From the NCBI RefSeq assembly GCF_000150275.1, contig NW_002060978.1, forward strand, positions 248,001 to 312,000: a stretch of 64,000 nt of DNA. The letters are read 5' to 3'. Source of the DNA: Trichoplax adhaerens. Lineage: Eukaryota; Animalia; Placozoa. The notes under the pieces are model-generated. The model did not search any database and was not told the DNA's origin. It saw only the letters and a program-made list of their open reading frames with translations. The position numbers were made by a program, and so were the translations under genes. Positions 35,764 to 48,670 of this stretch are shown in pieces (the stretch's first letter is position 1; each line of letters begins with the position of its first letter).

Positions 35764-38700
35764 ATGGAGAATAGTTTAATAGAAGATTGGAATATGAGAA
35801 GAGAGCTTCCAGATGCGGGATTCCAAATGGAAACCGACAACTCTTATATGATTACTCCTGAACAGGATAAGGGTGTATTAGACGACATTGATGGTATGTT
35901 GGTATTCTTGATCGTATGATTTTTCTCCTATTTATCATTTTACGGAACCTTCCTAGCAAAGTGAAATGAAATGTTATTTCTCTTCATCTTTATGGATGAA
36001 ATACTTTGGAGAAAAGATAGCTTAGTATTGCAAGTCTTTCGCCTTGATCAGTTTATGGACGCTTTGAATTATTCTAGAATAAAAACTGCATACTTTCCTT
36101 GTATTTCTTCAATCCACTCTTACTCACTGCATACTTTACTTGTACTTCTTCTATCTACTCTGACTTATTTTGGTAGTCTAAAAAAAGTTCTTCCCTACAG
36201 TGTACAGTACTGTACTGCCCGTTTGTCCTATTCATACTACTGTACAGTACAGTACCATATTTTCTACTGAGAGCGTATCCATGTTTCAGTCAGTACACTA
36301 ACTACAGTACAATATAGCGTAGGCTTGGACCTCTGCTCTGTACAGTGTACTGTAGTATATGGTCCAGTCACGGACTACAGTATCAATTAAATGTCTTCAG
36401 CTGAACCTTCTCAGGCGTCCACTTTCAATACCGTAGATTGTTGTCAACTGGCGATTGTTGATGTGATTGTTTACTTCGTCAGTGATAACCGATGTTGCCG
36501 AAATTCAGCAGCTAAAACTTGGACCATGACTAATCGCATCAGTTCATCAGTTCTTGCTGTTTTGGCTACACTCTGCAAAGTAAATGAGTAGGAGAGTTAT
36601 GTAGAGGATCGTTATTGAGTACAGTGTGTCAATACTTGTGGATTACAACGATGCCGACAGTTGTAGTTAGTATAGCAAGCGATAGCGTAATAAGTATTTT
36701 GCGCCATTCTACCACTGTATAGAATAGATCATGAGGAGTAATACTGTACAGTCTAGTCATTTCTTGATGGGTTATGTGTGCTAGCATACTACAGATGGAG
36801 TAAAACTGTACAACTGTTCAGTATCATCGGCCACCAGAACCAAGACTAGTTGAGGTAGTTAAGAGGAGATCAAAATTGACTACAGCTTTTCAGCAGTAAG
36901 TCTCTCGTTACAAGTAACAACCATGCATGCAATTCCAATGAGTTCAGATAGGATCGATGGAGCCAATGACGAATAGTAGATTGGGCCTCCTCTCGCTCTT
37001 ACAACTTGACTTAAAATACCATGACAGAAGAAGGAGAAATTTTTCTGTGATGCAAATACATTCGATTAAATGATGCTGGATAGCAAGCAATATCTTGTCC
37101 ATTGATACATACATATACGTGTGTATTTCCAGATCTATTCAATATGGACTATTCAGGAGAAGTCGGAGAATTCGATATTTCAGACTACCTGCAATCGGAT
37201 ATGCCCGTCAGACAATTTGATGACACTTTAGCAAAACTTGAATGCGATCCGTATTCATCGTTGATTAGCAATAATTCTGCTAGCATGGATGAAATCAAGC
37301 CAGTCAACGATAATAAGAAAGCGGCTATCATAAGTCAGTTAAGAGAACAGGAACAATTGAAGCAGAAACAACTTGAACAGCAAAGGCAGCTAGACGAATT
37401 GAGGCAACAACAGAAATTATTACAAGATCAACTTCAAAAAAGTCAAACAGGTGTTGGTACCCTGCCGAGTGTTGTAACACTAAGCATGCAAGCACCAATA
37501 CTTCCTAATGCGACATCCGCTTATACACATAGTACGCCGATAGTGGGAACGACTCAACAACCACAGGTTAGAATTAAAAGTAATGGTTATACCTTGATTA
37601 ATTTCGACCCTTGTTTTTATGTCGTAACTGATTCTTAAATTAGATATCTACATCTTAATCTTCTTAGCTTGAGAATAAATTTGTTTCGGTTTGCAAAATA
37701 ATCGTTATCGCTTACTGTTACAGTTCTATTCATATTGTGCATTCGATATCTACGTGTATACTCAAGATAGAAATATTAGGAAGGACTACTATTTTAAATA
37801 ACGTTACTCCATTCAGTTTTTCTACTGCACTAGTTGGAAGGCATTTATTTGCTTTCTGTACTCCAACTGAAATTATCAACTACTATTTTTCTAATATCGT
37901 GCGTGACACATCAAAGGTTTTACATACTTTTGACTAAATATCATGGCCGTCTTCGGTGTAGGTTGTACTATACCACCATAACCAACAGTAGATGTATTTA
38001 TGAATTTGCTTACCAAAACGTACTGCTTGATGGTGTATTGATTAAAATTATTATCGATTGATAGATTGTGTTGGCTCCGCAAGTCAAGCCTGAGGTAGCT
38101 TCTACCAAGCCTTCGGCTGTCAGCGTTGCATTCACCTCCGGTTCTGTAAGTTATACCAATCTTGTAAACACAAGTGGCGTACCGACAGTTATCGGAAGAT
38201 CAAATGGAAATTTGGATAGTGAAAAAGTTCCCATCAACAGGATTTTAAATAGCAGTTCTACACCAGTTCAGAACGTCAGCAAAAGTGAGCGAAGATCGGC
38301 TCACAACGCTATTGAACGACGCTACCGTACTAGTATCAATGATCGTATCATAGAACTGAAAGATTTGCTTGTTGGTCCAGACACTAAGGTTTGCTGCAAA
38401 GATCATCAGAAATTGGCAGTAATACTGATAGTAAAATCATGTATTTCTTCTATCTAATTATAGAATTTTTAATTTGTATTAATAAATGGCGTAATTGTCT
38501 TGTATGTTTTTACTTTTGAAACCGTTAATAGATGAACAAGGCTGGTATTTTACGAAAAGCTATAGAATACATTCGATATATACAAGACGTTAACAAAAGA
38601 CTTGAAAAAGAAAATATAGCACTTAAAGAAGGTATAGTCAGTCACACTAATGTATTTTTAGTAGGAATTTTATAATGTCTCCTCTAGGCTGCTCATGAAC

Positions 38701-41700
38701 GAATATCGGATTATCAATATTTTATGCTTACTCTTAACAAATTGACGTTTTTTAGGTAAATCAGAATCGCTTGCAAAATTACCTCAAATGCAAAGTGGAA
38801 ATAGCAATTCTTACCAACAGCCTACACCACCAATTTCGTCTGACGATGAAAGCAATCTTACTCCCAGCCCTACAAGTAGCAGCGCTGATAGCGAAGATTT
38901 AAAGATGAAGATTGATATTCCGAGAGGAATCCATGACAGCACCCGAGTTGGTTTATGTGTGTTTTTGTTTACTTTTTTATTATTTAACCCTTTCAATATG
39001 GCTTCACTTCAACAAAATGGCACTCCGGATGATGCTATGTCTCCTCGCGTTGGTGGTCGTATCTTACAAAGTGTAAGATATCCTAAATTTGATTGATAAT
39101 AAAAAGGCTATATGACACGTTATCGTAAGTAAACGGGACCGCTTATTCTTTTTAGGAGGAAAGTATCGAACCTGTTACTGATATGATGAATGCAGCTTTT
39201 GGTTGGAGTTTCCGCATCGTCATGGCAATCGCATGTATACTCTATATATTTGCTTTCGGCGAACCGGTTTCTAGACCAAATTCTAAATCGGCAGTGCATT
39301 ATTCTCGTAATTTTCATCAAGCAGATATCGATCTTAAGAAGGTGAATAAATCTGTATTCAATTATGTGTTCAAATTGTATGCAATACTAAGCTAGGTGTA
39401 TTTTCTTTATTAGGGAGATTATACATCAGCTGTTCGTCATCTACGTATGAGTTTGCGATCTTTAGGACGTTCACAACCCATGTCAACTTTCGACTTGATC
39501 TCAAGTTTAATATGGCAAATTTTTTTTCAAGTTCTAAATTTATTCTGGATTGGTCGGTGGTTGTCGCTTTTACCAGGTTTCGGTTTGAATTTTAGGAAAG
39601 AAAGTAGGAAAAATGACGATGCGCGCTCTTCAGCAAAGAATGCTGCTTTAGCTTATCATCGACTAAACCAACTAACACTTACCGGTAAGTGCTGCTATTT
39701 AATTAATCGTATTTAATGTTACAGATAACTACACATGTAGTTCAACATATGGTACATGAAATTTATTCGTATATTATTTAAACCATTTTCCATTAGGTCA
39801 CAATCCTGTATCAAATTTATCAGCTATCAATTGTGCACTAACGGCAGTAAATCTGAGTGAATTAGCATGTGATAAATTATCCAAGGAAGACAAGGTCGAC
39901 ATTTTGGTATCAACAGCGTTTGCTTTGAAAAGACACCTATTTAGACCGTTAGATGTCTCTTCTGTTAGTGATGCTTTATTTAATATCGTTTTATTGATTA
40001 TATTGGCACTTGTATTTTTAGAAATAAGTACCTATTGATATTTTATTATAGCGATTATACCTCAGCATTTCTCGCAAAATATGTCAGCTACATCCTGATA
40101 GAGCTTTGTCAGGCTATCAGTGGTTGTTTGATCCACGTGGACATAAATTTTTCACGTCTGGCAATTGGTCGAGCAAAGAGGAAGACAGCATCTGGTCACT
40201 CGTAGAAAATAGCTGTACGTGGTTTTATCAATAGAATTTTTGTTGATGTTTTGACATTAGTATTATTGTGGTATCTAGAATTTAATCAAATCAGTCTAAG
40301 GGGCTTATTGACGTTCTGTCTTCGAATTTGTGATATTAGATAACCCAAACACTCACTTCAAGAGGTGTTTCAGAGAACACTTACTGCAGCATTCGTTAGA
40401 AGCCCTTTTAGTTCCTGGCGCAATGGATGATAAAGACCGCAGGGTTACAATTGCTGATACAATTAATTGCTTACGTTTACTGCGTGAGCAGGCGGAATTA
40501 TCGGGAAATATTCCCGAAAATGTTACGATAGGTGACGCTGCAGCTAAAGCTCTTAGTAGCGATGTAGTTGCAAAATGGTGGTCTTCTGTTGGCTTGGTCT
40601 GGGCGCATTGGTTGAAAGGTGATAATAATTCTGCTAACAATTACTTTAAGGAAGTGGAAGAAATGCCTGAACTAATGAAGCAGCTAAAGTAAGCAGTATC
40701 TTTGCTGAATTTGATAGAACTGTTAGCATCATTGTACTTTGTCCATTGTATATTAATTTGCTCTTGTTTACAGGGATCCTTTGTATGCTACTATTACCAT
40801 AGCCTATCGTGCACGTCAAATGGTAAATTCTCCGGAAAATGTACCAGCAGATTGTTTTAATTTATGCAATGACGCTGGGCAACTAATACAAGAGAGTATA
40901 ACATCAACTAGTCATCATTCGAACAATAAGCTACTTAGAGTGAGTTTATTAAAGTATAAATTTTATTATAGCAACTATCGTTAGTCTAAATATAACATAC
41001 TTTTGTGTTATTCTCCATAATTAGTACGCCCAACTTCTGTGTGTCGAATGTTTGGCAACTACACGTGTTGCATTGTGGGAAAGTGATTGCAGTAAGCCGA
41101 AGCAGTCTTTATCTTGTAGTGAACATCTCAAAGGATTTCGCCAAGATATTCACACGTTGCAATCCTTTGCTCAGCAATTTACACTTGCTCAACCTCGCGT
41201 AAGTGAATAGCCTTCAGCTACATTTTAATTATTAATAATATTATTTGTTTATATTGGGATGCTTATGACCCTGTAAATTTCTTTTTTATCACAGTTATTC
41301 TTGTATAAGGCCGTCGTAAGAATTATGGCCCGCGCCAATCCTGCTATAACACAACAGTTGATTGACCGTTGTATGCATTCAAACTTACGCTACCGTGGAT
41401 CTGGCTTAACTAGTGAACAAGGTAGGTTTATACAAATTATACGACCTTAATATTTTTTATTATTGACAATGTATCTCACTGTTTTTATGCTTTAATTTCA
41501 GTTGTAAGGGTAAATGACAGAAATTCTGCTGACGCGCTCATTTTGGCACATCGATATTTACCGAAAGCGATGTTATCGACACCTGCTATGAACGCTGATG
41601 CTATCGGCAATGTAGCTAGAGCATTAGAAAGTATTGGAGATATTAGCAAGTTAAAGGAATGTCAACGTTTACTGATGAGTCTAGGCCCTGGAAAGATACA

Positions 41701-41713
41701 AACTACATTGTAG
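35764..41713 (+). CDS. SREBP: Sterol regulatory element-binding protein (14 exons, 1039 aa)
   Basis: Exons 35764-35893, 37133-37566, 38065-38388, 38532-38631, 38756-39072, 39156-39341, 39414-39684, 39797-39963, 40052-40214, 40340-40688, 40774-40939, 41025-41198, 41295-41421, 41502-41713 (3120 nt, phases consistent). Acidic LDDIDD N-terminus; bHLH-Zip with the diagnostic Tyr ([30 protein letters not shown]); DSTR + TM1 with NP (S2P motif); luminal RILQ (S1P-like); TM2; conserved C-terminal regulatory domain. Confidence 0.96.
36196..36381. repeat. TACAG/CTGTA array in SREBP intron 1
   Basis: tacagtgtacagtactgtactg, tactgtacagtacagtac, ctgtacagtgtactgtag. Confidence 0.8.
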
Positions 41714-44700
41714 AAAGTGCGCTGCAGCTGTTTTGATTTCATGATGCACCCGTTCCTATTGGTAAGGAATTGAATTATGTAGCTATCTGATTATCCATGT
41801 ACCGCAAAGTCAAAATAATTAGAGCTAAATTTATTCCTTGTAAATTCTGACCCTTTAGCGTTAAAATACTTACGCTGTATTGCGGTAGATAAAGGTTTCC
41901 TTGAGATCATACAATAAAATTTGTAAATTACTTGTGCACAGAATTTATCATTCCGTAATTAGTACATGTATGTGATCTTATTTATATTAATGCATTCCGT
42001 GATATTTTTGGAAAAGCTATAGATGATAATGGTACTATATATGTCATTAAAGTGGATTTATTGTAATTGTGGAATTCGAATGATCTATCCAACACAGCAC
42101 TATTCGTAATTATATGACTAATGTAAATTACTAAAGTGGATAAATGTACTTACACGCGCCTCTATTAAAGAGTATGAGCCTTGTGTATAAACAGATACTG
42201 GTTTGATACTGGCTGGATAAAGCTAGTGCAATTGTCCTACTGATATCTTATTAGAATGGTTAATTGTAGAAACTTTTAAAAGTATAGCATCAATTATTCC
42301 TTGATATTGCTCATTAACAATTGGATGGAATGATTAATTGATTTTATTCTTATTGTATATTAAGATATGGCAGATATGTTCTACTAATAAGATTTTGTCC
42401 AAATTTTAAATGTGGAGTGTAATAAACTCAGAATGCTCATAGGTTATACAGTTTAGTCTTCAATTAATGAGTGCATATGAAGCAAGAATACATTCGATGG
42501 TGTTTGAAGTATGTGCAAGTGATGCAGTGAATTGCATAGTATACATCTGCCAACTAGAATATTTCTTTTGTTTGCATCTCTAAATGCCAGATCTACTGTA
42601 AGCCAAAATTAGTGTATGGCCATGGATTACTAAATACTTCTGGTCTCGCCACTTTTAAAATTAAAGTGAAATACATTAACAATCAATTTTAAAACCGTAA
42701 TTTTAGACAGTCTAGTATCAATGAATGAGAGAATACGCCACTGTACTTTTACATACTGATATGATATGATATACTGTAATTGTTCTTTTACGCGAAAAGA
42801 TATGCCAGCAATCAGTGTACCTGTCAGTGCAATAATAAAAATAAAATATAACTGTTGAACTTCTACTAGATTGCAGGCTGCAGGATAGTTCTCAAACTAG
42901 CTGTAAGTCATAAATAATTAAAAAGGCGTTAGTATGCGACTACATACTGATTCTAATGCTACAACGTTGATTAGCTCAATTTAATTAATTAGCATCGCAA
43001 TGCCGGGTCGCTAGTTATGCGTTTCTATAAACTGAGTACAGTGCTACTGCCGTAATATTCATATTTTAACATAGGTTATATCTGACTACTCAAGTCAAAC
43101 CTAATTAATCTATAGTCTTGCCAAAAACTATCCAAAGATAACAATACTCTTAATATAGATGCTTTATTTTTGTGTTGCAATAATGCAATTAATTTAAAAC
43201 CGTCTTTAAATCTGAAATTTATTCAAAAAAAGTCATTTAAAATTACAAATGGCAAGTTATCTGTTACCTGAAGCAGTTATGTTGAACAATTTAACCAGAC
43301 ATTTTTAATGATATTTACAAATTAAAAAGACACTGCAATGCATACTTGATTTAGAATACAAATTATCAGGCAATCTGAATAAAATGACTTGTTTTCGGGC
43401 AGTATCAATACGCTACCACATTGTTACTCTTTAACGAGCTATAGGTATACCTTAGCTAATGAAAAGCAATGTTAATATAATCCATTGTACGATTAGTTGT
43501 GCAAAATAATGAGTAGTTATTCACTAATGTTTACAGATAGTAATCTATTAACTGACAATATTATCAGAGCCCATTTGACCTTTAATCTTGGTTCAATGCT
43601 ACATCGATTTATCAATTTCGTATTTTTATAATATATACGAATTCTAAGATTCATCGAAGCTTTTTTGTGTTCTGATCTATCCCTTATTGCAACATCAACA
43701 GTATCCTGAATATCCCAAACTTTAGAGCCATGTTGTATATAGTCTTCAGTTAGCTGATATTCATTATAATATTCTTACGGTCATAGATGTTAGAAATGTC
43801 TAACTATCTCAACTGTGATAATATCGCTTGAAACAATTTTATTTCAATGCTGTCTCTCAACAATCAATCGCTGGAATGGATACGTAAAGAAGATGACTCG
43901 ATATTAAATATTTATTTTACTAAGATTTTAGCTAATAGGGATGATAAATCAATCTGTACATCGTAATAAAAGCCTTTAGTTTTTGATGACTGGTATTGTC
44001 AAATAAAAGAAAGACAGGATCTTTTGTAATAAACAGATACATACTATTTTCTCTCTTAAAATCCTAATGATGCAAAAATAATGATCGAACGTGTTAATCA
44101 AGTTTACTCAGTTTTGGAAAGTGGCATAAAATTGCTCTAAATTTAGCGTAGACAGTTGGTATGTTTAACAACTTCTAAATTTGGATTTGTTGCTACAAAA
44201 TTTGATGCTTTAAATTATATAGTAAAAGTTACATTTAAGTATATTTGTTTCAAATTCGATCAGGACGACTTCTTGAATAATTACGGTATCCATTTAACTG
44301 CTATAATAAAAGACTAATAATTAATTTTAGAACGTGAATATATTCTAGGTTAGAATATATTCAGGAAGTAATATTAACTTTCAAAGTTGTTAAAAATCAA
44401 TTTGGACAGTTGTAGTTTGAAACAGCTGACAAATTTTGAAATCGTAAATTTTTGCTCTATTTCTATCTGTTAATTTGCAATGAAATTATTCATAGATTAT
44501 CGTGCTGGACCACCTGGTCGTAACCTCATTGATTATTGTTTGAATAAGTCGTGAAATCGTCATAAAATAATCATTTAAACTGAGGGTATTCTAGAAGCAT
44601 TTGTTTTTAATTAATGCTTGTTGTGCCATTAAAGGTCATCATGGCACTTCATAGAAATTACATTTCATCGCAGACGTAGAAATTGCGCCTTTAGGATTTA

Positions 44701-47375
44701 AAATTACTTATTATAGTGCTTAGATCAAGAACCAAATACATTTGTATACCGAAGCACTCACCTAAGCCAAATGTGTCGCCCAAATTAAAATTTAAATTGT
44801 TCAAATAAAATCAAGGTTTCTGATTTTGCATGTTATTTTTTATGGACATCATATTACTAATTGTTTGTAAATCCTAGTTTGTTGATTTAGGAATAAAATT
44901 AAACTTTCAAGTGTGCTCGTTGTTATGATTTAAATTATATGACATGCTTGTATCGATAGAAAATAAAAAGATTTACATCACTAAAGGACTTAAATAGCGA
45001 TATCAATTGTATAACAGTAGCGATTGCCATATTCTCTAGTATTATTATCTTCAATGGCATATCTTTACAAAGCGATAGACGATTGGCATTGACTTTCAGC
45101 AGTTGTAGCAACCTTATAAAAAAATAAAAGAGAAAAAGATTGAGTGACGAATTATTTTCGATCTTATGTTAACAGAGAGTAGATATTAATTTATAAAAAT
45201 TAAAATTAATATACTTGTTTAGCTAAATTATACGACCATCTGGCGAGTTGTGTATGTAGACAAATGGATTATAATAAGTTGTAATTGAAATAGTAACAAT
45301 CAAAAATGATGGCGACAATTAGTGATCACTTTATCTATCAATTGATTATCAATTGGTTTTTGAAAGGTTTTTAATGATTGATTATAAGCATAATATTATA
45401 TAAAATGGACTTATCAATAAAAATAATCATGTTGATTACTTTCATGCAAAAATAACTCAACAGAATCGCTTCAACAATGATTCTTCGAAATAGAATTGAA
45501 TCTATTTTGACTGCATAATATCAATTAATGTTAATCTAACTATAATCAGATCATTTTAGATTTGACTTTTGTTTTCGCTATAATGAACTTATTGATACCG
45601 ATGATTTATAGATATAAGCGTGCATGTATTGAATGTAAAGAGTTTATTTTATTTGTTTATTATCGACTAATTGTTGAGACAGGAGTTTAAATATCAAGGT
45701 ATACGGTATCCTATTAAATTGAATTGTTCCAATAAATGATTGCCGTCTATTTACTCTCTTTCATTGTTTGATTAGTCGTTATTTGACTGTTAAGTTTTAA
45801 TTTAAACCTTATGTGATTAATTAAGTGCAACAACACCTTTGATTGTAATCGAAATTGGTCTATACTGTATTGACACTAGATAAATAAGAAATGCTTTATT
45901 GCGACGGAATTTATTTCTCTACCGATATTTATAAAATTTAATGATAATTGATTTGCTTACTGTAATTTATGATTGATATTGTGTATCATTTTAATCATTG
46001 TTAAATCCAATGGACGATCCTTATTGAACCAATAAATTACATTAACCTTCGAATACAGAATTGATTAAAATGATTTATATAGTAATATAATGTTACTTTC
46101 GTTACCCCACCTTGATCGATCAAATCATAACATTATCTAATTATAGCATATGGTATTCACTATCCAGACTTCAAACGGATGTCAATTCTCATATTTGACT
46201 TTTATTCTATAATGATTATTTATAGATTCTGAACTATAGAATTTCATATTTAGAGGTTATTAATTGACGCTTAATTGCTAGGAGAAATGATCACTTCTAG
46301 CCATATGTAAAATCGTTGTTTAAGTAGTAGTTAGAAGCGACATTGTTTGTAGACATGGCTAGGTTTCTATATTGTGGTGATAATATAATTTAAAGGCTAT
46401 TATTTTTCTATCTGCTTGAAAATTATGAAAACTAATTTATTCTAAGTAAAATCTCTACCTTCATGTTGAGCTTAGTAGATAGGTAACAATGCATTTTTTT
46501 TGTACGATAGGGATATACACTACATTATCTATAGTCTTTAAATGCTGATGATATGAAGTTATGAAATAAAAACTGATCGACTGATTTACATACTTTTTAT
46601 TTCATATTCGCTTGTAATTCTATGCTAACACCATAAGCGAAATAAAAAAATAGTAAGATTGAATTAAGGACTCATATAAGCTATATCATTGCTCATGATG
46701 ATTTTATATGCTGTACCTACCGTTAAAAGTAGATCAATTCAACTTTTACTATCATAATATCATAAACTGATTTAATAAGAAAATCTTGCATAAAAATAAT
46801 AATATTTTCAAGATCGATATTCATGAGCTTCCAAAATGAACATTTGAAGTCTTCCATGAAAAAACAAGAGAAGCATAGAGTCCATTACAGACCAGAATTA
46901 TCCACAATCAGTTTATCAGTTTATGGTAAAATTGAAGTTTGTGAATAAAGAAAATCGTCTTATGCCAAGATCCCTTGAGTAAAAATGATACAAGGCATTA
47001 AAGGTCTAAAATGCATCGTTTACTATCTAGATTTAATTCTGAAAATAGCCTCAATTAAAGAATTACAAATAGTTGCCATGACTCATTGTCTAAGAATTCG
47101 ACAGAAAATTGATTTAAAACTAATCTTCGTTAGTATTGCTTTTTCATTCTGCTATTAGGTTACGAGATTTGCTGATGTTTTGAATAGTTAGGAAAGCCTA
47201 TCAAGAGTAATCAATCGTTACTAAAATGTTCATTTAGTTAGCTGCAATTTTTTTAAAACTTGGAGCAGTATGTCTCCTCATGTACTACGGCGTAATTAAC
47301 GATGTTAAAACGAATGAGCTTAAATTCTGTCAACCTTTTTAATATTTATAATGATTAATCAAGTATTTATGCCTC

Positions 47376-48004
47376 TGTCATAAAACAGCTTTACAACAAG
47401 ATAACGTAATATATGGTCAATAAGTCAATTCCTTGAACAACGTATCAAGGAACGATATCTGCACTATCACAAACACTTTTGCTCTACTAGCAGACTACAC
47501 AAAGACTTAAACGCCTCGTATTTTACGTTAAGCACTAAGTTGGAAATCCGCTTTATTACACGATATACTGCATTTATATACTCTTCTTTAATAGTTCATG
47601 AGTCATAGTTAATACAATTAACATTGGAATTATTTACTGAATTAGGTATTAATTTTAGCTACTGCTCCCTTTATGCAGACAACAGTATTTACGAACATAG
47701 ACATGTAATGACTAATACAGAATAGTTAGATTACGATATGTCCTATCACGGAGCATTTCCATGATAATTTACGATCTACCATAAGTAAATTACAATCATA
47801 ATGATTGGAACTGTAAGTAGATGATTTGGATTCCCTATTATATCTATTAATTTCAGTATGTGTATAAGTGTCACTGTCATAAAAAGTCAGTGCTATATTA
47901 AAACACAGCATATCCAAATTAGAAGTTAACTAAATAAGGATGGGCTAAAAGAATTATCCTAACATAGATATTTCTACTGTAATACAGTACATAACACTGT
48001 CACA
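47376..48004 (-). mobile_element. Solo LTR, family A copy 2 (629 bp)
   Basis: TGTCAT...GTCACA with a perfect 5-bp TSD GCCTC (47371-47375 / 48005-48009). Same orientation as copy A1. Confidence 0.87.
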
Positions 48005-48118
48005 GCCTCAAATGTCCATTCTAAGGCTAATTAAAGAAGCTCTGTTGACATTTAGAGAAAGGCATATTAGTTATTAGACATAACAATTGTTTCAATACGA
48101 AATATTCACGAGAATAAG

Positions 48119-48670
48119 TGTAATGTAACTAGTATTGTGACTGTAGACTATTAGCCATGTTTAGTATAATGTACGGTAGATATTTATCTTAAGAGATATT
48201 TGGTAGCTATAACTATAGACTGTAGTGGTATAGACTCTACGATAGAGTACAGATGACTATATACAGTAAGGTGTTGAGCTACTAATAAGGCTATAGGTAA
48301 AAAATAGAACTGTAAATTATATATTAGGATATGGTTAATTCATTGTACTTTGGCTGGTGCGAATAATGTCTACGTAAGTACTGTAGTCGTATCCATATCA
48401 GATTAATGATGGTCCGCTATAAAATAGTGTTACTAAGAATAATTTAACTATTTGTAAAATAAGGTAAAAGATTGTCATTCGGATTGTAGCTGGGAATGCT
48501 ACGATAAATATAAAAGCATGCAACTCTAGCTTATTCCGTTAGTTCGTTGTAGAAGTCTTTAGTAGTAGTATTTGGCTAGAGTAGAGCTGTATGTAGTTAA
48601 TCTTAGTATAAGATTCAATAAAGCTCTTATTTTTCTAAAATTTGGAATTTCGTGATTGGTATATATCACA
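48119..48670 (+). mobile_element. Solo LTR, family B copy 1 (552 bp)
   Basis: TGTAATG...TATCACA. TSD ATAAG/ACAAG (4/5 match). TATAAAAG at 48509-48516 and AATAAA at 48617-48622. About 96-97% identical by eye to 55185-55742. Confidence 0.85.

Noticed and set aside
19111-40640. Antisense/overlapping ORFs (19111-19329, 25012-25218, 28291-28578, 38811-38996, 39120-39320, 40353-40640)
   Set aside because: Shadow ORFs on the opposite strand of real GPCR/SREBP exons.
40741-40750. gtccattgta resembling the 5' end of miR-33 (GTGCATTGTA) in an SREBP intron
   Set aside because: There is a mismatch in the seed, no complementary arm or hairpin, and it lies one intron upstream of the expected host intron.
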